Assembly: GCA_965237675.1 (NCBI GenBank) | Contig: OZ250150.1 | Coordinates: forward strand, 3,232,001-3,296,000 | Source of the DNA: Candidatus Latescibacterota bacterium | GTDB taxonomy: Bacteria > Latescibacterota > UBA2968 > GCA-2709665 | DNA length: 64,000 nucleotides | Direction: 5' to 3' | In this document: in pieces, positions 50,764 to 60,957 of the stretch | Layout of the letters: each line of letters begins with the position of its first letter | Numbering within the stretch: the stretch's first letter is position 1 | The notes under the pieces: generated by a model | What the model saw: the letters and a program-made list of their open reading frames with translations, nothing else | Databases searched by the model: none | What the model was told of the DNA's origin: nothing | Program-made: the position numbers and the translations under genes

Positions 50764-53700
50764 ATGAGATACCTGGTGTTCGTGCTCGTGCTTGTCGGAT
50801 TGTCCGGAGGATGTGGAGAGCGGATGCCCGAACCCGGAAGCACGGCGTATCGGCAGGCGGTTGCGGATTTTTATGCTGGACTTGCCGCCATGGACGTGGG
50901 CGCGCACGACCGGGCGGCTGCCGCGCTGAGACGGGTGACGGAAACCGTTCCCGCCGAACCCGCGGGGTGGGCCAACCTGGCTTTGCTTCAGTTCACAATG
51001 GGCCGGGAGGAACCGGCGATACGGTCGCTTGAGCGAGCGCAGGGATTGGCGCCCGAAAGTGCTGAACTCGCGCTCCTGATGGGTGCATTCGAGAGCCGGC
51101 GCGGCCGTGTCGCCGAGGCGGTTTTCCATCTTCGGAGGGCGATGAGCCTCGCCGGCCCCGGGCATCTCAAGGCAGGTTACGCGCTGGCGCGCGAACTGGA
51201 ACGGCAGGGAGACACGAGGGATGCGCTTGCGGTAGTGGAGCGGATGCTCGGAGAAACCCCGCGGAATCTTGCGCTCTTGCTGGAACGGATCAGGCTGGCG
51301 GCGAAGGAGCACGATGCGGATGGCCTGAGGGTTTCGGTTGCGCGGATCGCGGAGCGGACCGGTGGGTGGCCGGAAACGGCGAGCGTCCAGTTACAGGCGC
51401 TGATGGATGCCGGATCGGATTTTCGCCTCGCGGCCACGCGCGCGGCGTTTTTACACAACGCGCTGCTGCGGGCGCCTGTCTTCCGGAGGGACCTGAATCA
51501 GGTGCGCCTTCCTGCTCAGGCGGCAGGCGAGCCATTGAGGGGGTTCCTGAAAATGCGGAGTCCGTCCGCCGATCCTGCGCCCGCGGATACGGCGCTCTCT
51601 TTCGTTTCGGACACGCTGGACTGCGCGTCGGGCGGGACGATGCTCGGCCTCGCCTGGGCGGATACCCCTGTCGTGCTGGCCGCAAAGGATGGTATCGTGC
51701 GGTGGCTGGATTCGTCGGGCCGGACCGTGCCATCGCCCGCGTCCCGGCCGGTGGGCGCGAACGGTCTGCTCTCGGTCGACTGGGACAACGACTTCAGATT
51801 GGATCTCGTGGTGGCGGGGGAGGGCGGCATTCGCCTGTTTCGGCAGCGCGAGGACGGGGTTTTCGTGGATGTCACGGGTCTGACCGGGCTCGACGGGAGC
51901 GTGACCGATACAGCGTATGCTGGCGTGTGGGCCGCGGACGTTGATATGGATGGGGATCTGGATCTGGTACTCGGGGGGCGGAATGCCTGCCCGGTTTTGC
52001 GAAACAACGGGGACGGCACATTCGGAGTCGCGCAGCCCTTTGGGGGCGTGTCCGGCATGCGCGCGTTTGAATGGACGGATCTCGACGGAGACGGGGTTCC
52101 GGATGCGGCGTTGGTGGACAACCGGGGTCGGCTGTCCGTGTATGTCAACGAGCGTAGCGGGTTGTTCCAGTTTTCGTACCAGGGTCAGGACGAGGTTCAC
52201 GCGCTTGTATCCGGAGACGTGGACGGCGATGGGAATCTGAACCTGGTGGCCTTGCGGAAGCGAGGGAAGATAGTGTCGATTTCGCATGTCGACGGACACT
52301 GGGAATACAGGGAGTTGGTTGATTGGAGTGCTGCTGAGACGCCGGTGCGTCTGTTTCTGGCCGATATGGACAATAACGGGCAGTTGGATCTGGTCGTCAG
52401 CGGCGAGGTCGAAGGAGGGTATTGGCTGGCCGATGGCGAGGGTACCTGGCGTCACAACGCCCTGCCGAACCGGGTTCGGATCTTCGAAGTCTCGGACATG
52501 ACCGGAGACGGACGCCTGGATCTGCTAGGACTTTCTACAGAGGGTCGACCACAGTTGCTGGTGAACCGGGGAAAACGCACCTACCACTGGCAGGTCGTGC
52601 GGCCCCGGGTGCGGGCGGTTCGCGGGGACGGGAGGATCAATTCATACGCGCTGGGCGGGGAGGTGTTGTTGCGGTCCGGACTTCTGGCCCAGCGTCGGGC
52701 GATTCGGACACCCGTGGTTCATTTCGGTCTGGGCGAATACGGCCTGGCGGATGTGGTGCGGGTACAGTGGCCGAATGGAACCCTACAGGCGGAGTTCGAC
52801 GTCGAGGCCGATCAGACCATTGTGGCGCAGCAGCGCCTGAAAGGGTCCTGTCCCTGGGTGTTCGCGTTCAATGGCGAAGAAATGGCCTTTGTTAAGGACT
52901 TTCTATGGCGCTCGCCGCTGGGGATGCGGATCAACGCGCAGGTGACGGCGGGGGTGTCTCAGACGGAGGACTGGATCCTGATCCAGGGGGATGACCTGGC
53001 AGCCCGGGACGGATTCTACGATATCCGGATTACGGCTGAATTGTGGGAGACCCATTTTGTGGACTGGGTGGAGTTGATGGTGGTGGACCATCCCGCGGAG
53101 GTGGCGGTGTTTGTGGACGAACGGTTTGCGAAGCGACAGCCTGAACTGAAGGTAATTCCGACGGGAACACCTGTGGCGGTTCGTGCGGCTCGGGACGAGG
53201 CGGGGCGGGATGTGACGGCGATGGTAGAAGCGAAAGACGCCCGATATCTCGACACGTTCGAGTTGGGGCGATATCAGGGCGTCGCGGTGGACCACTGGGT
53301 TGACGTCGATCTGCCGCGCGTGGCGGCCGGGGGTGGTGGATGGTTGATCGGATCCGGCTGGATCTACCCCACGGACAGTTCGATCAACGTAGCGATGGGG
53401 CATGGCGCACACGCGAAGCCCGTAGGGCTGCGTCTGGACGCGTTGCGCGGGGACGGAACGTGGGAAACCGTGTTCCCCGATCTGGGATTTCCCGCCGGAA
53501 AGTTCAAGACGATTACGATCGATCTGGCGGACGTCCGGTCCAGCCGCCTCCGGCTCCGTACGAATCTCGAAATCTACTGGGATTGGCTGGCGTGGGCGAA
53601 ATCCGCCGACGATGCACAGATGCGAACCCGTCGCGTCAAATCGAATAAGGCGGTTCTGAGGGGCCGTGGGTTCTCCGAGGTCACGCAGCCGGGCCGCCCT

Positions 53701-54120
53701 TCTCCCGACGTACCCCGGTATTCTTCCCCGCCGAGCACCGCGCCGCTGTGGTGGGACTTGACGGGCTACCATACCCGCTTCGGCGATGTACGCCCGTTGC
53801 TCGAGGATGTAGATGACCGGTATGTCATCATGAATGCAGGGGATGAGCTTCTGTTGTATTTCCCGGTGCCCGGCCCGCCACCCGAAGGGTGGGTGAGGGA
53901 TTTTGTGCTCATGGGAGACGGCTGGGTGAAAGACGGGGATTACAATACGGCGTTTTCCAAAACGGTGCTGCCGCTGCCCACGCACGGCCGGTTGTCGTAC
54001 GAAACGCCGCCGGGGCGCCTCGAGGACGATCCGGTTTACCGTCGCAATCCTGCCGATTGGCAATCATACCATATCCGGTACGTCACACCCGAGATTGCCG
54101 GGATGCATTCCGGCAGATAG
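50764..54120 (+). CDS. Lipoprotein with TPR, FG-GAP/VCBS repeats and ASPIC/UnbV domain
   Basis: Lipobox-like LSGGC, TPR helices, repeated DxDxDGxxDL, VHFGLG...VQWPNG, GSCPWVF, GWVKDGD. Confidence 0.85.
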   Translation: MRYLVFVLVLVGLSGGCGERMPEPGSTAYRQAVADFYAGLAAMDVGAHDRAAAALRRVTETVPAEPAGWANLALLQFTMGREEPAIRSLERAQGLAPESAELALLMGAFESRRGRVAEAVFHLRRAMSLAGPGHLKAGYALARELERQGDTRDALAVVERMLGETPRNLALLLERIRLAAKEHDADGLRVSVARIAERTGGWPETASVQLQALMDAGSDFRLAATRAAFLHNALLRAPVFRRDLNQVRLPAQAAGEPLRGFLKMRSPSADPAPADTALSFVSDTLDCASGGTMLGLAWADTPVVLAAKDGIVRWLDSSGRTVPSPASRPVGANGLLSVDWDNDFRLDLVVAGEGGIRLFRQREDGVFVDVTGLTGLDGSVTDTAYAGVWAADVDMDGDLDLVLGGRNACPVLRNNGDGTFGVAQPFGGVSGMRAFEWTDLDGDGVPDAALVDNRGRLSVYVNERSGLFQFSYQGQDEVHALVSGDVDGDGNLNLVALRKRGKIVSISHVDGHWEYRELVDWSAAETPVRLFLADMDNNGQLDLVVSGEVEGGYWLADGEGTWRHNALPNRVRIFEVSDMTGDGRLDLLGLSTEGRPQLLVNRGKRTYHWQVVRPRVRAVRGDGRINSYALGGEVLLRSGLLAQRRAIRTPVVHFGLGEYGLADVVRVQWPNGTLQAEFDVEADQTIVAQQRLKGSCPWVFAFNGEEMAFVKDFLWRSPLGMRINAQVTAGVSQTEDWILIQGDDLAARDGFYDIRITAELWETHFVDWVELMVVDHPAEVAVFVDERFAKRQPELKVIPTGTPVAVRAARDEAGRDVTAMVEAKDARYLDTFELGRYQGVAVDHWVDVDLPRVAAGGGGWLIGSGWIYPTDSSINVAMGHGAHAKPVGLRLDALRGDGTWETVFPDLGFPAGKFKTITIDLADVRSSRLRLRTNLEIYWDWLAWAKSADDAQMRTRRVKSNKAVLRGRGFSEVTQPGRPSPDVPRYSSPPSTAPLWWDLTGYHTRFGDVRPLLEDVDDRYVIMNAGDELLLYFPVPGPPPEGWVRDFVLMGDGWVKDGDYNTAFSKTVLPLPTHGRLSYETPPGRLEDDPVYRRNPADWQSYHIRYVTPEIAGMHSGR

Positions 54121-54133
54121 GCAGGCGTCTTCC

Positions 54134-55891
54134 ATGTCACGCCGTTTTATCCAGGGCATACTGCTCGTTATCCTTTTGTTGCTTCTGGCGGTTCCCGTCG
54201 TCCGCAAATACGGTTTCCGGGCGCCGCCGGCGAAGGCGACTCACTTTGGGTTTACACTCGAGGAAGTAGCCCGTGCAAGCGGCATCGATTTCGTGCACCG
54301 CGGACCCACGTTCGACGCGAAGTTGAACCACATCATGCCCCACGTCGCCGCAATGGGCGCGGCTGTGTCGGTGTCTGATTTCGACAGAGACGGGTGGCAG
54401 GATCTTTACGTGACCAATAGTGGCGAGGGCACGGCGAATCGACTCTATCGCAATTTGGGAAACGGACAGTTCGAAGATGTGGCCGACAAGGTGGGCACGG
54501 CGAATCTGAATCGCGCCGGGACCGGGGTTTCCGTGGGCGCGGTCTGGGGGGACTACGACAACGACGGCTTCGAAGATCTGTTCGTGTACAAATGGGGTCG
54601 GCCCGAATTGTTTCGGAACGAGGGGGGGCGAAGGTTCACCCGCGTGAGCGAGCAGGCCGGATTGCCCCCGTGGATCAACGCTGGGAGCGCGGTGTGGCTG
54701 GATTACGATTGCGACGGGCGCCTGGATCTGTTCGTGGCCGGTTACTGGCCGGACGGTTTGGATCTGTGGCGCCTGGAGTCAACCCGGATGATGCCGGAGA
54801 GTTTCGAGTATGCCGAGAACGGGGGTCGGAAGTACCTGTTGCGCAATCGGGGCGATGGGCGATTCGAGGACGTGACGGATCGGATGGGAATTCATAGCCG
54901 GCGCTGGACGCTGGCCGTCGCTGCGGCGGATTTGAACCGTTCAGGGTATCCGGATCTGTTCCTGGCCAACGATTATGGCGTTTCGGAACTCTACCAGAAC
55001 CATGCCGGCGCCGCCTTTGAAGAAATCGGGAGGAAGGCGGGCGTCGGATACCAGCCGGAAAGCGGAATGAACGCCGTCTTCGGCGACGTCTTGAATCAGG
55101 GCCGCCTGGCGATCTACGAGACCAATATATCGGAGGCGGGGATCCTGCTTCAGGGGAACAACCTGTGGATCGCCAGACAGGGCGAGGGCCTGGCGTTCGA
55201 AAACCTGGCGCAGGTGATGGGTGTGGAACTGGGCGATTGGAGTTTTGGCGCACAGTTTGGAGATCTGAACAACGACGGGCGGCTGGATCTGTACCTCACG
55301 AACGGGTATGTTTCCGCCTCGGAGTCGGAAAACTATTGGTACGATTTTTCGCAGGTGGCCGGCGGACACCGGGCGATTATTTCGGATGCGAAGAACTGGC
55401 CTGCCATGAAAGGGCGCAGCCTCGCCGGTTATCAGCGCGCGCGTGTGTGGGTGAATGACGGGATGGGGCGGTTTGAAGATGTCGCCCGTGCGGTTGGCGT
55501 CAACGATCGGTTTGACGGGCGGGCGGTCGCGCTCGTGGATCTGTGGAACCGCGGTGTCCTGGATGTGGTGGTGGCCAACCAGCGTGGGCCGCTTCTGGTC
55601 TACAGGAACCGGGTGGATCCGGAACGGCAGTGGATCGGATTCGAGCTGGTCGGCGGGAAGAGCAATCGCAGCGCGATCGGCGCGCAGGTGAGGGTGTTCT
55701 GGAACGGACAGGAACAGATGCAGGAGGTCTCCGGAGGGAGTGGCTTTTCGTCACAGAATCAGAGGCGACTCCATTTCGGGCTCGGCACGGATCCGACGAT
55801 GGAGAAGGTGGTTGTGACCTGGCCTTCGGGACGGCGCCGGACCATGGAGAACGTCGCGTTGAATGTCTACCACCGCGTGGAAGAACCATAG
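54134..55891 (+). CDS. CRTAC1/ASPIC-UnbV family protein
   Basis: DFDRDGWQDLYV, GDYDNDGFEDL, SNRSAIGAQV, LHFGLG, VTWPSG. N-terminal TM/signal. Confidence 0.9.
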   Translation: MSRRFIQGILLVILLLLLAVPVVRKYGFRAPPAKATHFGFTLEEVARASGIDFVHRGPTFDAKLNHIMPHVAAMGAAVSVSDFDRDGWQDLYVTNSGEGTANRLYRNLGNGQFEDVADKVGTANLNRAGTGVSVGAVWGDYDNDGFEDLFVYKWGRPELFRNEGGRRFTRVSEQAGLPPWINAGSAVWLDYDCDGRLDLFVAGYWPDGLDLWRLESTRMMPESFEYAENGGRKYLLRNRGDGRFEDVTDRMGIHSRRWTLAVAAADLNRSGYPDLFLANDYGVSELYQNHAGAAFEEIGRKAGVGYQPESGMNAVFGDVLNQGRLAIYETNISEAGILLQGNNLWIARQGEGLAFENLAQVMGVELGDWSFGAQFGDLNNDGRLDLYLTNGYVSASESENYWYDFSQVAGGHRAIISDAKNWPAMKGRSLAGYQRARVWVNDGMGRFEDVARAVGVNDRFDGRAVALVDLWNRGVLDVVVANQRGPLLVYRNRVDPERQWIGFELVGGKSNRSAIGAQVRVFWNGQEQMQEVSGGSGFSSQNQRRLHFGLGTDPTMEKVVVTWPSGRRRTMENVALNVYHRVEEP

Positions 55892-55899
55892 CGATACGG

Positions 55900-57870
55900 T
55901 TACCTGGCGGCGCGCTCATCCGGGTTCTTGCCAAACACGAGCAGGATCGCCGGGATCACCGATACGCCGATGAGCAGCCCGCACCACGCGGGATAGTAAA
56001 AGGTGGTACCGACGTACCCCGCGAGCGCGGCGACGCTCATTGTGGTCAGGGCGTAGGGGAGCTGCGTTCTGACGTGGTCCAGGTGGTCACAGGACGTGGC
56101 GATGCTGGACATGACGGTCGTGTCGCTGATCGGCGAACAGTGATCACCGAAAATCGCGCCGTCCAGTACGGCGGCGGCAGCGAGAATGGTGAGCGGAAGA
56201 CCGCCCAGGCTGTGCGCAAGGGGAACAGCAGTGGGGATAAGGATCGCCATGGTTGTCCACGATGTACCGATAGCGAAGGCGACCGAAGCCGCCAGAAGGA
56301 AGATGATCAGAGGCAGCAGACCGGGAACCACGAGGGGCGATAGCGCCGCCGCGAGATAGGTGGATGTGCCGATGTCCTTGCAGACAGCCTGAATAGCCCA
56401 GGCCATTATGAGGATGGCAATGGCATAGTAGATCCCCGTGATTCCCTGCGCCCAGGTTTTTACCGCCGCAAAGGGTTGGATCAGCGCGGATCCGCTGGCG
56501 GGGTGGCGCCGGGTGACGGCAATCAGCAATGCGATTGTGGAACCCAGTATGGCGGAAAAGAAAAGCACCCGCGCGTTGTCGGCATTGGAGAAACACGCTG
56601 TCCAATAAGAAAAGCTGAAGAGGGAGCTTCCCAGTCGGATCGGCCGGACTTCGGGATCGTTCCAGGTATCCGCGGCCATGCCGGCAATGACGGCAGCGAC
56701 GACGCTCAGAACGGGCACGGCCGCTGCCCACCAGGCGGGTTGAACGCCGCTGGCCGGCAGGATGTCCCTGCTCCGGTGCCCTGCCAGCGGAGTGGCGCCC
56801 GGCCGAAGCACCCGTCCCGTTGTCCCGGCCCGGCGCTCCGCGCGGTACATGGGTCCATAATCCCGTTGGAGACACGCCGACACGGCGACGAACACAAGCG
56901 TAAAGAGGCAGTAGAATCGAGCGGGAAGCGCGTAGAAGAAAAGCTGATAGCCGGATACGCCGGTGCCGAGATCCCGCATGAGGTCCCCAAAGAGTCCGAC
57001 TTCGAAACCGATCCAGGTGCTGATGACCGCTACACCCGCAACCGGGGCGGCGGTAGAATCGACGATGTACGCGAGTTTTTCGCGGGAAATGCGGAACCGA
57101 TCGGCCATGGGCCGGAGCGTGGTACCGACCACGATCGTGTTGGCGTAGTCATCGAAGAAAATCGCCAGGCCCATAAGAAATGCGGCCACCCGCGTGGATC
57201 TGGCGCTTTCCGAACGGGAGGCAAGGAGCGTTGCAATGCCCAGGTTTCCCCCGGCAAGCGAGGTTACCCGTACCATGCCGATCAGGGCCGCCGTAAAGCC
57301 GAGAATATAGAGCTGAAAGGACGATATCAGGGGGGTCCAGACGTAGTTCACCGCTGCCCGTTCGAGGGCGGCGAACGGGAGTTCGTAAAGTGGGACTTCG
57401 CCAACGGTCAGCAGGCCTCCGGAAAGTACGGCCATGCCCAGACCCAGGAGCAGGCGACCACTGAGCACGGCGACGAGAATAGCCGCAATCGGCGGAAAGA
57501 CGCTCCAGCCGTCAATGGGTTCAAGGCGGGTCTGTTGTTGTGAGCTGTATGTCGAGGCGGTCAGGATCAGTTCGCCCGATTCTTCCGTGCAGGTAAAGGT
57601 GATTTCAGGAGCGCCGGATGCGGGTGTCTTTCGCCGCTGCCTCGCCTTTTTAAAGCCCGGTTCGCAACGTGAATCCGCGGAATCGGCAAGGATCCAGACG
57701 CCATCGCCCAGCGTCTTCGCCAGCCTGGGAACTTCCGTTAGAATCTGCTGGTGGACAACGCTGTCCCGGTTCTTAGGCAACATTGCCGCGAAAAGCGCTG
57801 CCAGAGTCAGCGCAAAGAGTATCCGTACAAACGGATTCCTGATATTTATTCTGTCGGCGTATCGATCCAT
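55900..57870 (-). CDS. Na+/H+ antiporter NhaC-family transporter
   Basis: IFFDDYAN, ISREKLAYIVDSTAAP, GTSWTT, GAIFGDHCSPISDTTVMSS, HVRTQLPYA. Start uncertain. Confidence 0.88.
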   Translation of the reverse strand: MDRYADRINIRNPFVRILFALTLAALFAAMLPKNRDSVVHQQILTEVPRLAKTLGDGVWILADSADSRCEPGFKKARQRRKTPASGAPEITFTCTEESGELILTASTYSSQQQTRLEPIDGWSVFPPIAAILVAVLSGRLLLGLGMAVLSGGLLTVGEVPLYELPFAALERAAVNYVWTPLISSFQLYILGFTAALIGMVRVTSLAGGNLGIATLLASRSESARSTRVAAFLMGLAIFFDDYANTIVVGTTLRPMADRFRISREKLAYIVDSTAAPVAGVAVISTWIGFEVGLFGDLMRDLGTGVSGYQLFFYALPARFYCLFTLVFVAVSACLQRDYGPMYRAERRAGTTGRVLRPGATPLAGHRSRDILPASGVQPAWWAAAVPVLSVVAAVIAGMAADTWNDPEVRPIRLGSSLFSFSYWTACFSNADNARVLFFSAILGSTIALLIAVTRRHPASGSALIQPFAAVKTWAQGITGIYYAIAILIMAWAIQAVCKDIGTSTYLAAALSPLVVPGLLPLIIFLLAASVAFAIGTSWTTMAILIPTAVPLAHSLGGLPLTILAAAAVLDGAIFGDHCSPISDTTVMSSIATSCDHLDHVRTQLPYALTTMSVAALAGYVGTTFYYPAWCGLLIGVSVIPAILLVFGKNPDERAAR

Positions 57871-58181
57871 AGTTCGTACTTGTTGATCGTCTGTATCAAT
57901 AGAAAGAGCCTGTGGCGGAGATGACCCGCGCCGTGTCAGAGGGATGGACTCGTACGAAAAAATGTTTCCATTCGGACGATAGAATCCTATCTTTATGGGC
58001 CACGGACCGCGCCGCCCGGGGATGGGTATGCCGGCGCCGAAAACGTGGCGCGATGCCGGGTCGCGGGGAAAGCGGGCAGGACGTCGATCCTTTGGTATAC
58101 CGTTACAAGGGATTTCGCATTCGGTAAACAGGGACAGTCCGGGGAGGTGTCGTCGCCAACCCGGGGTATTGAAAGTGTACC

Positions 58182-58973
58182 ATGCTGCATCGGACCAAAG
58201 AACGCACGTACGAAATCCTGGATAAGGCGCAGACGGGCGACCGGACAAGCCGATCGATCGACCTGTTCATTATGGGATTGATCGTCCTGAATGTCGTGGC
58301 TGTCATTCTGGAGACGGTTGAGACCATATCGGTGTCGCACCGTCGCCTCTTTGATTGGTTTGACACGTTTTCCGTCGGTGTCTTTACAATTGAATACCTG
58401 ATGCGTCTGTGGGCCTGTACCGCCGACGAGCAGTATGCCCGAAGCATCTGGGGGCGCATACGTTATATCTTTACGCCCCTGGCGCTGGTGGACCTGATTG
58501 CAATACTGCCGTTTTATCTGCCTTTGGTGACCACCGTCGACCTGCGCGTGTTGCGCGCCATGCGGTTGTTGCGGTTATTCAAGCTGGGACGGTATTCCAC
58601 CTCCTTGAAGACGCTCGGTAATGTGTTACAGAAGCATAGCGGCGAGTTGCTGGTCACCCTTTTCGTCCTGCTGATCATGCTGGTGATCGCATCGACGCTG
58701 ATGTATTTTGCGGAACACCGCGCCCAGCCCGAGGCCTTCTCCAGCATTCCATCGGCCATGTGGTGGGGCATCGTAACACTTACGACGGTGGGATACGGTG
58801 ATACGTACCCGGTAACCGGCGTCGGAAAGGTACTGGGTGCGGTGATCGCGCTTCTTGGGATCGGGATGTTCGCCCTGCCTGCCGGCATCCTGGGTTCGGG
58901 TTTCGCCGAGGAGATCGATCGGCGGAAAAAGGCTGGCGGCGTTTGTCCACACTGTGGACGCGAAATGGAATAA
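58182..58973 (+). CDS. Voltage-gated potassium channel (ion transporter)
   Basis: S4 LRVLRAMRLLRLFKLGRY, selectivity filter TTVGYGD, C-terminal CPHCG. Confidence 0.93.
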   Translation: MLHRTKERTYEILDKAQTGDRTSRSIDLFIMGLIVLNVVAVILETVETISVSHRRLFDWFDTFSVGVFTIEYLMRLWACTADEQYARSIWGRIRYIFTPLALVDLIAILPFYLPLVTTVDLRVLRAMRLLRLFKLGRYSTSLKTLGNVLQKHSGELLVTLFVLLIMLVIASTLMYFAEHRAQPEAFSSIPSAMWWGIVTLTTVGYGDTYPVTGVGKVLGAVIALLGIGMFALPAGILGSGFAEEIDRRKKAGGVCPHCGREME

Positions 58974-59017
58974 TGAACCCGCAATGGTTCGGGTAAAATA
59001 GCAAAGGAGCGAGCAGG

Positions 59018-59815
59018 ATGGAGATGACGATCGGATGTACGACGCGGCCGTACGGCCAACTGAGTTACAGCGAGGCGTACAGCCGGATTGCAGAGGCCGG
59101 TTACTCGGATGTGGCGGTTTTTGCCAATGAAGGCCAGGTGCCGGTGGGTCCGGAGAGTTCCGCGACAGAGGTCGCGGCCGTGCGGCATGCAGCCGAAAAC
59201 GCCGGAGTGGTTCCCTCGATGCTCATCGGCGGGACCAGGCTGGACGGGGGGCTGGCGTCGGCGGTGGACGACTACAAGCGGTTGATCGACAACGCGGCGG
59301 CCCTGGGCACCACCTGGTTGCTGGATTGCGGGATCAGCAACCAGGCGTTTTTCGATGACTATTTCGAACTGATGCGGCAGGCTGCGCCCCATGCGGATCA
59401 GGTCGGCGTGAAGATTACCATGAAACCCCACGGGGGTATCAGTCTCACGGTGTCGCACCTTCTCGCGGCCCACAAAAACGTGAACCACGCGGCGTTCGGC
59501 ATCTGTTTCGATCCCGGCAATATCATCTACTATACAAAGGGTGACCTGCGACCGGAGACAGACGTCTCGGAGGTGGCGCCCGTGGTAACGACCGGGATTA
59601 TCAAGGATTGCACGGTCATTGACGATGTTCCGGATGTGATGGTGACGCCAGGAGACGGGCTTGTGGATTTTCATTCGGTGTTGTCCGGGCTTGTCGGCGG
59701 TGGATTCGACGGGCCGTTCTACGTGGAATGCGTGGGCGGCAGGCAGCCGGACGAGGTGGACCGGGACGTGGCGTTTACACGGGGTTACGTCGAGGGAATT
59801 CTCACCGGTCTCTAG
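59018..59815 (+). CDS. Sugar phosphate isomerase/epimerase (xylose isomerase-like TIM barrel)
   Basis: KPHGG, FDPGN, IKD, PGDGLVDF, FDGPFYVE. Confidence 0.8.
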   Translation: MEMTIGCTTRPYGQLSYSEAYSRIAEAGYSDVAVFANEGQVPVGPESSATEVAAVRHAAENAGVVPSMLIGGTRLDGGLASAVDDYKRLIDNAAALGTTWLLDCGISNQAFFDDYFELMRQAAPHADQVGVKITMKPHGGISLTVSHLLAAHKNVNHAAFGICFDPGNIIYYTKGDLRPETDVSEVAPVVTTGIIKDCTVIDDVPDVMVTPGDGLVDFHSVLSGLVGGGFDGPFYVECVGGRQPDEVDRDVAFTRGYVEGILTGL

Positions 59816-59859
59816 CGTCCGCCCACTGCGCCGGGCGCGGGCCAAACGCTTACGGTCGG

Positions 59860-60243
59860 TCAGGAAAGAACCGCCGTCACTTCGATTTCAACATGGGCTC
59901 CGGCAGGGAGCGCAACCACCTGTACGCAACTGCGCCCGGGAGGGTCGTTGGAGAAATAGCCGGCATAGACGGCGTTCATTTCAGCAAATTCCGAAATATC
60001 CGTCATATACACGACCGTACGGACCACGTGGTCCATTGTGGCGCCCGCTGCCTCCAGAATCGCCTCGATGTTATCCAGCGTCTGCCGGGTTTCCGCGGCA
60101 ATGCCTCCAGTGACAATCGAGCCGGTTTTGGGGTCAATGCCCTTTTCGCCGGCAACGAAGATAAAATCGCCGGTCCTGATCGCCTGCGAATAAGGACCTA
60201 CGGGAAGGGCGGCCTTATCGGTGGTAATCACCTCTTTCTGCAT
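59860..60243 (-). CDS. ridA: RidA/YjgF family deaminase
   Basis: GPYSQAI, NIEAILEAAG, MNAVYAGYF..PPGRSCVQV..LP..VEIE. Confidence 0.92.
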   Translation of the reverse strand: MQKEVITTDKAALPVGPYSQAIRTGDFIFVAGEKGIDPKTGSIVTGGIAAETRQTLDNIEAILEAAGATMDHVVRTVVYMTDISEFAEMNAVYAGYFSNDPPGRSCVQVVALPAGAHVEIEVTAVLS

Positions 60244-60514
60244 GGCGCGAAATCTCCATTCTGAATAGCGGGATGTATTGCGTGAGCGGCGAATAGGCGG
60301 CCGCGCGCCGGGGGTTGACGGCGGTCGGTCGTTTCCATTTCGGAGTTGTCTTTGATAATGTCATGAACCGGGATTGTCAAGGAGAATTCCCCGGATGGCT
60401 CGCGCCGGTAAATCCAGTGTCCGGTTTCATCGCGCCGGCACCGCGTTCGAGTCCGGAGGGCCGGCTGCGGCAGCCGTTGCCGGTGGCCCCCGAGTGGAAT
60501 GAGAGAATGGGTCT

Positions 60515-60940
60515 ATGGGTACTGGATTTCGAGAAGTCAAGCGACTGGAATTGCCGAGTTGCGTAGAGTCGCTTCATGAGGTGGTTGACGCCGCGGCGAA
60601 GGTCACCGCCGATCTGGCGATGAGCGAGGATGCCTGCGACGAGGTGGCCATCGCGCTCACGGAAGCCGTTAACAATGCCATTTTCCACGGCAACGGGGGT
60701 GTGCGGGAAAGGTCGTTCGCCGTCGAGTTTACGGTTGTGGACGGCATGTTGCACATCGCGGTCCGGGATCAGGGGCCCGGGTTCGACCCGGCGGAGGTTC
60801 CGGACCCTCTTGCCCAGGAGAACCTGTTGAAACCCTCCGGCCGCGGTTTGCTGATGATGCGCGCCATGGTGGACGACGTCCAACACCACTTTTGCGCGGC
60901 CGGCACGAGAGTGATCCTTCGTAAACGCATTGCATCCTGA
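60515..60940 (+). CDS. rsbW: Anti-sigma factor RsbW-like ATP-binding protein
   Basis: ALTEAVNNAIFHGN, VRDQGPGFDP..VPDP, SGRGLLMM. Confidence 0.85.
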   Translation: MGTGFREVKRLELPSCVESLHEVVDAAAKVTADLAMSEDACDEVAIALTEAVNNAIFHGNGGVRERSFAVEFTVVDGMLHIAVRDQGPGFDPAEVPDPLAQENLLKPSGRGLLMMRAMVDDVQHHFCAAGTRVILRKRIAS

Positions 60941-60957
60941 ACAATGGAGGTCGCGCC

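Noticed and set aside
50764-55891. Enediyne biosynthetic cluster
   Set aside because: No PKS, thioesterase or UnbL/UnbU genes are nearby.
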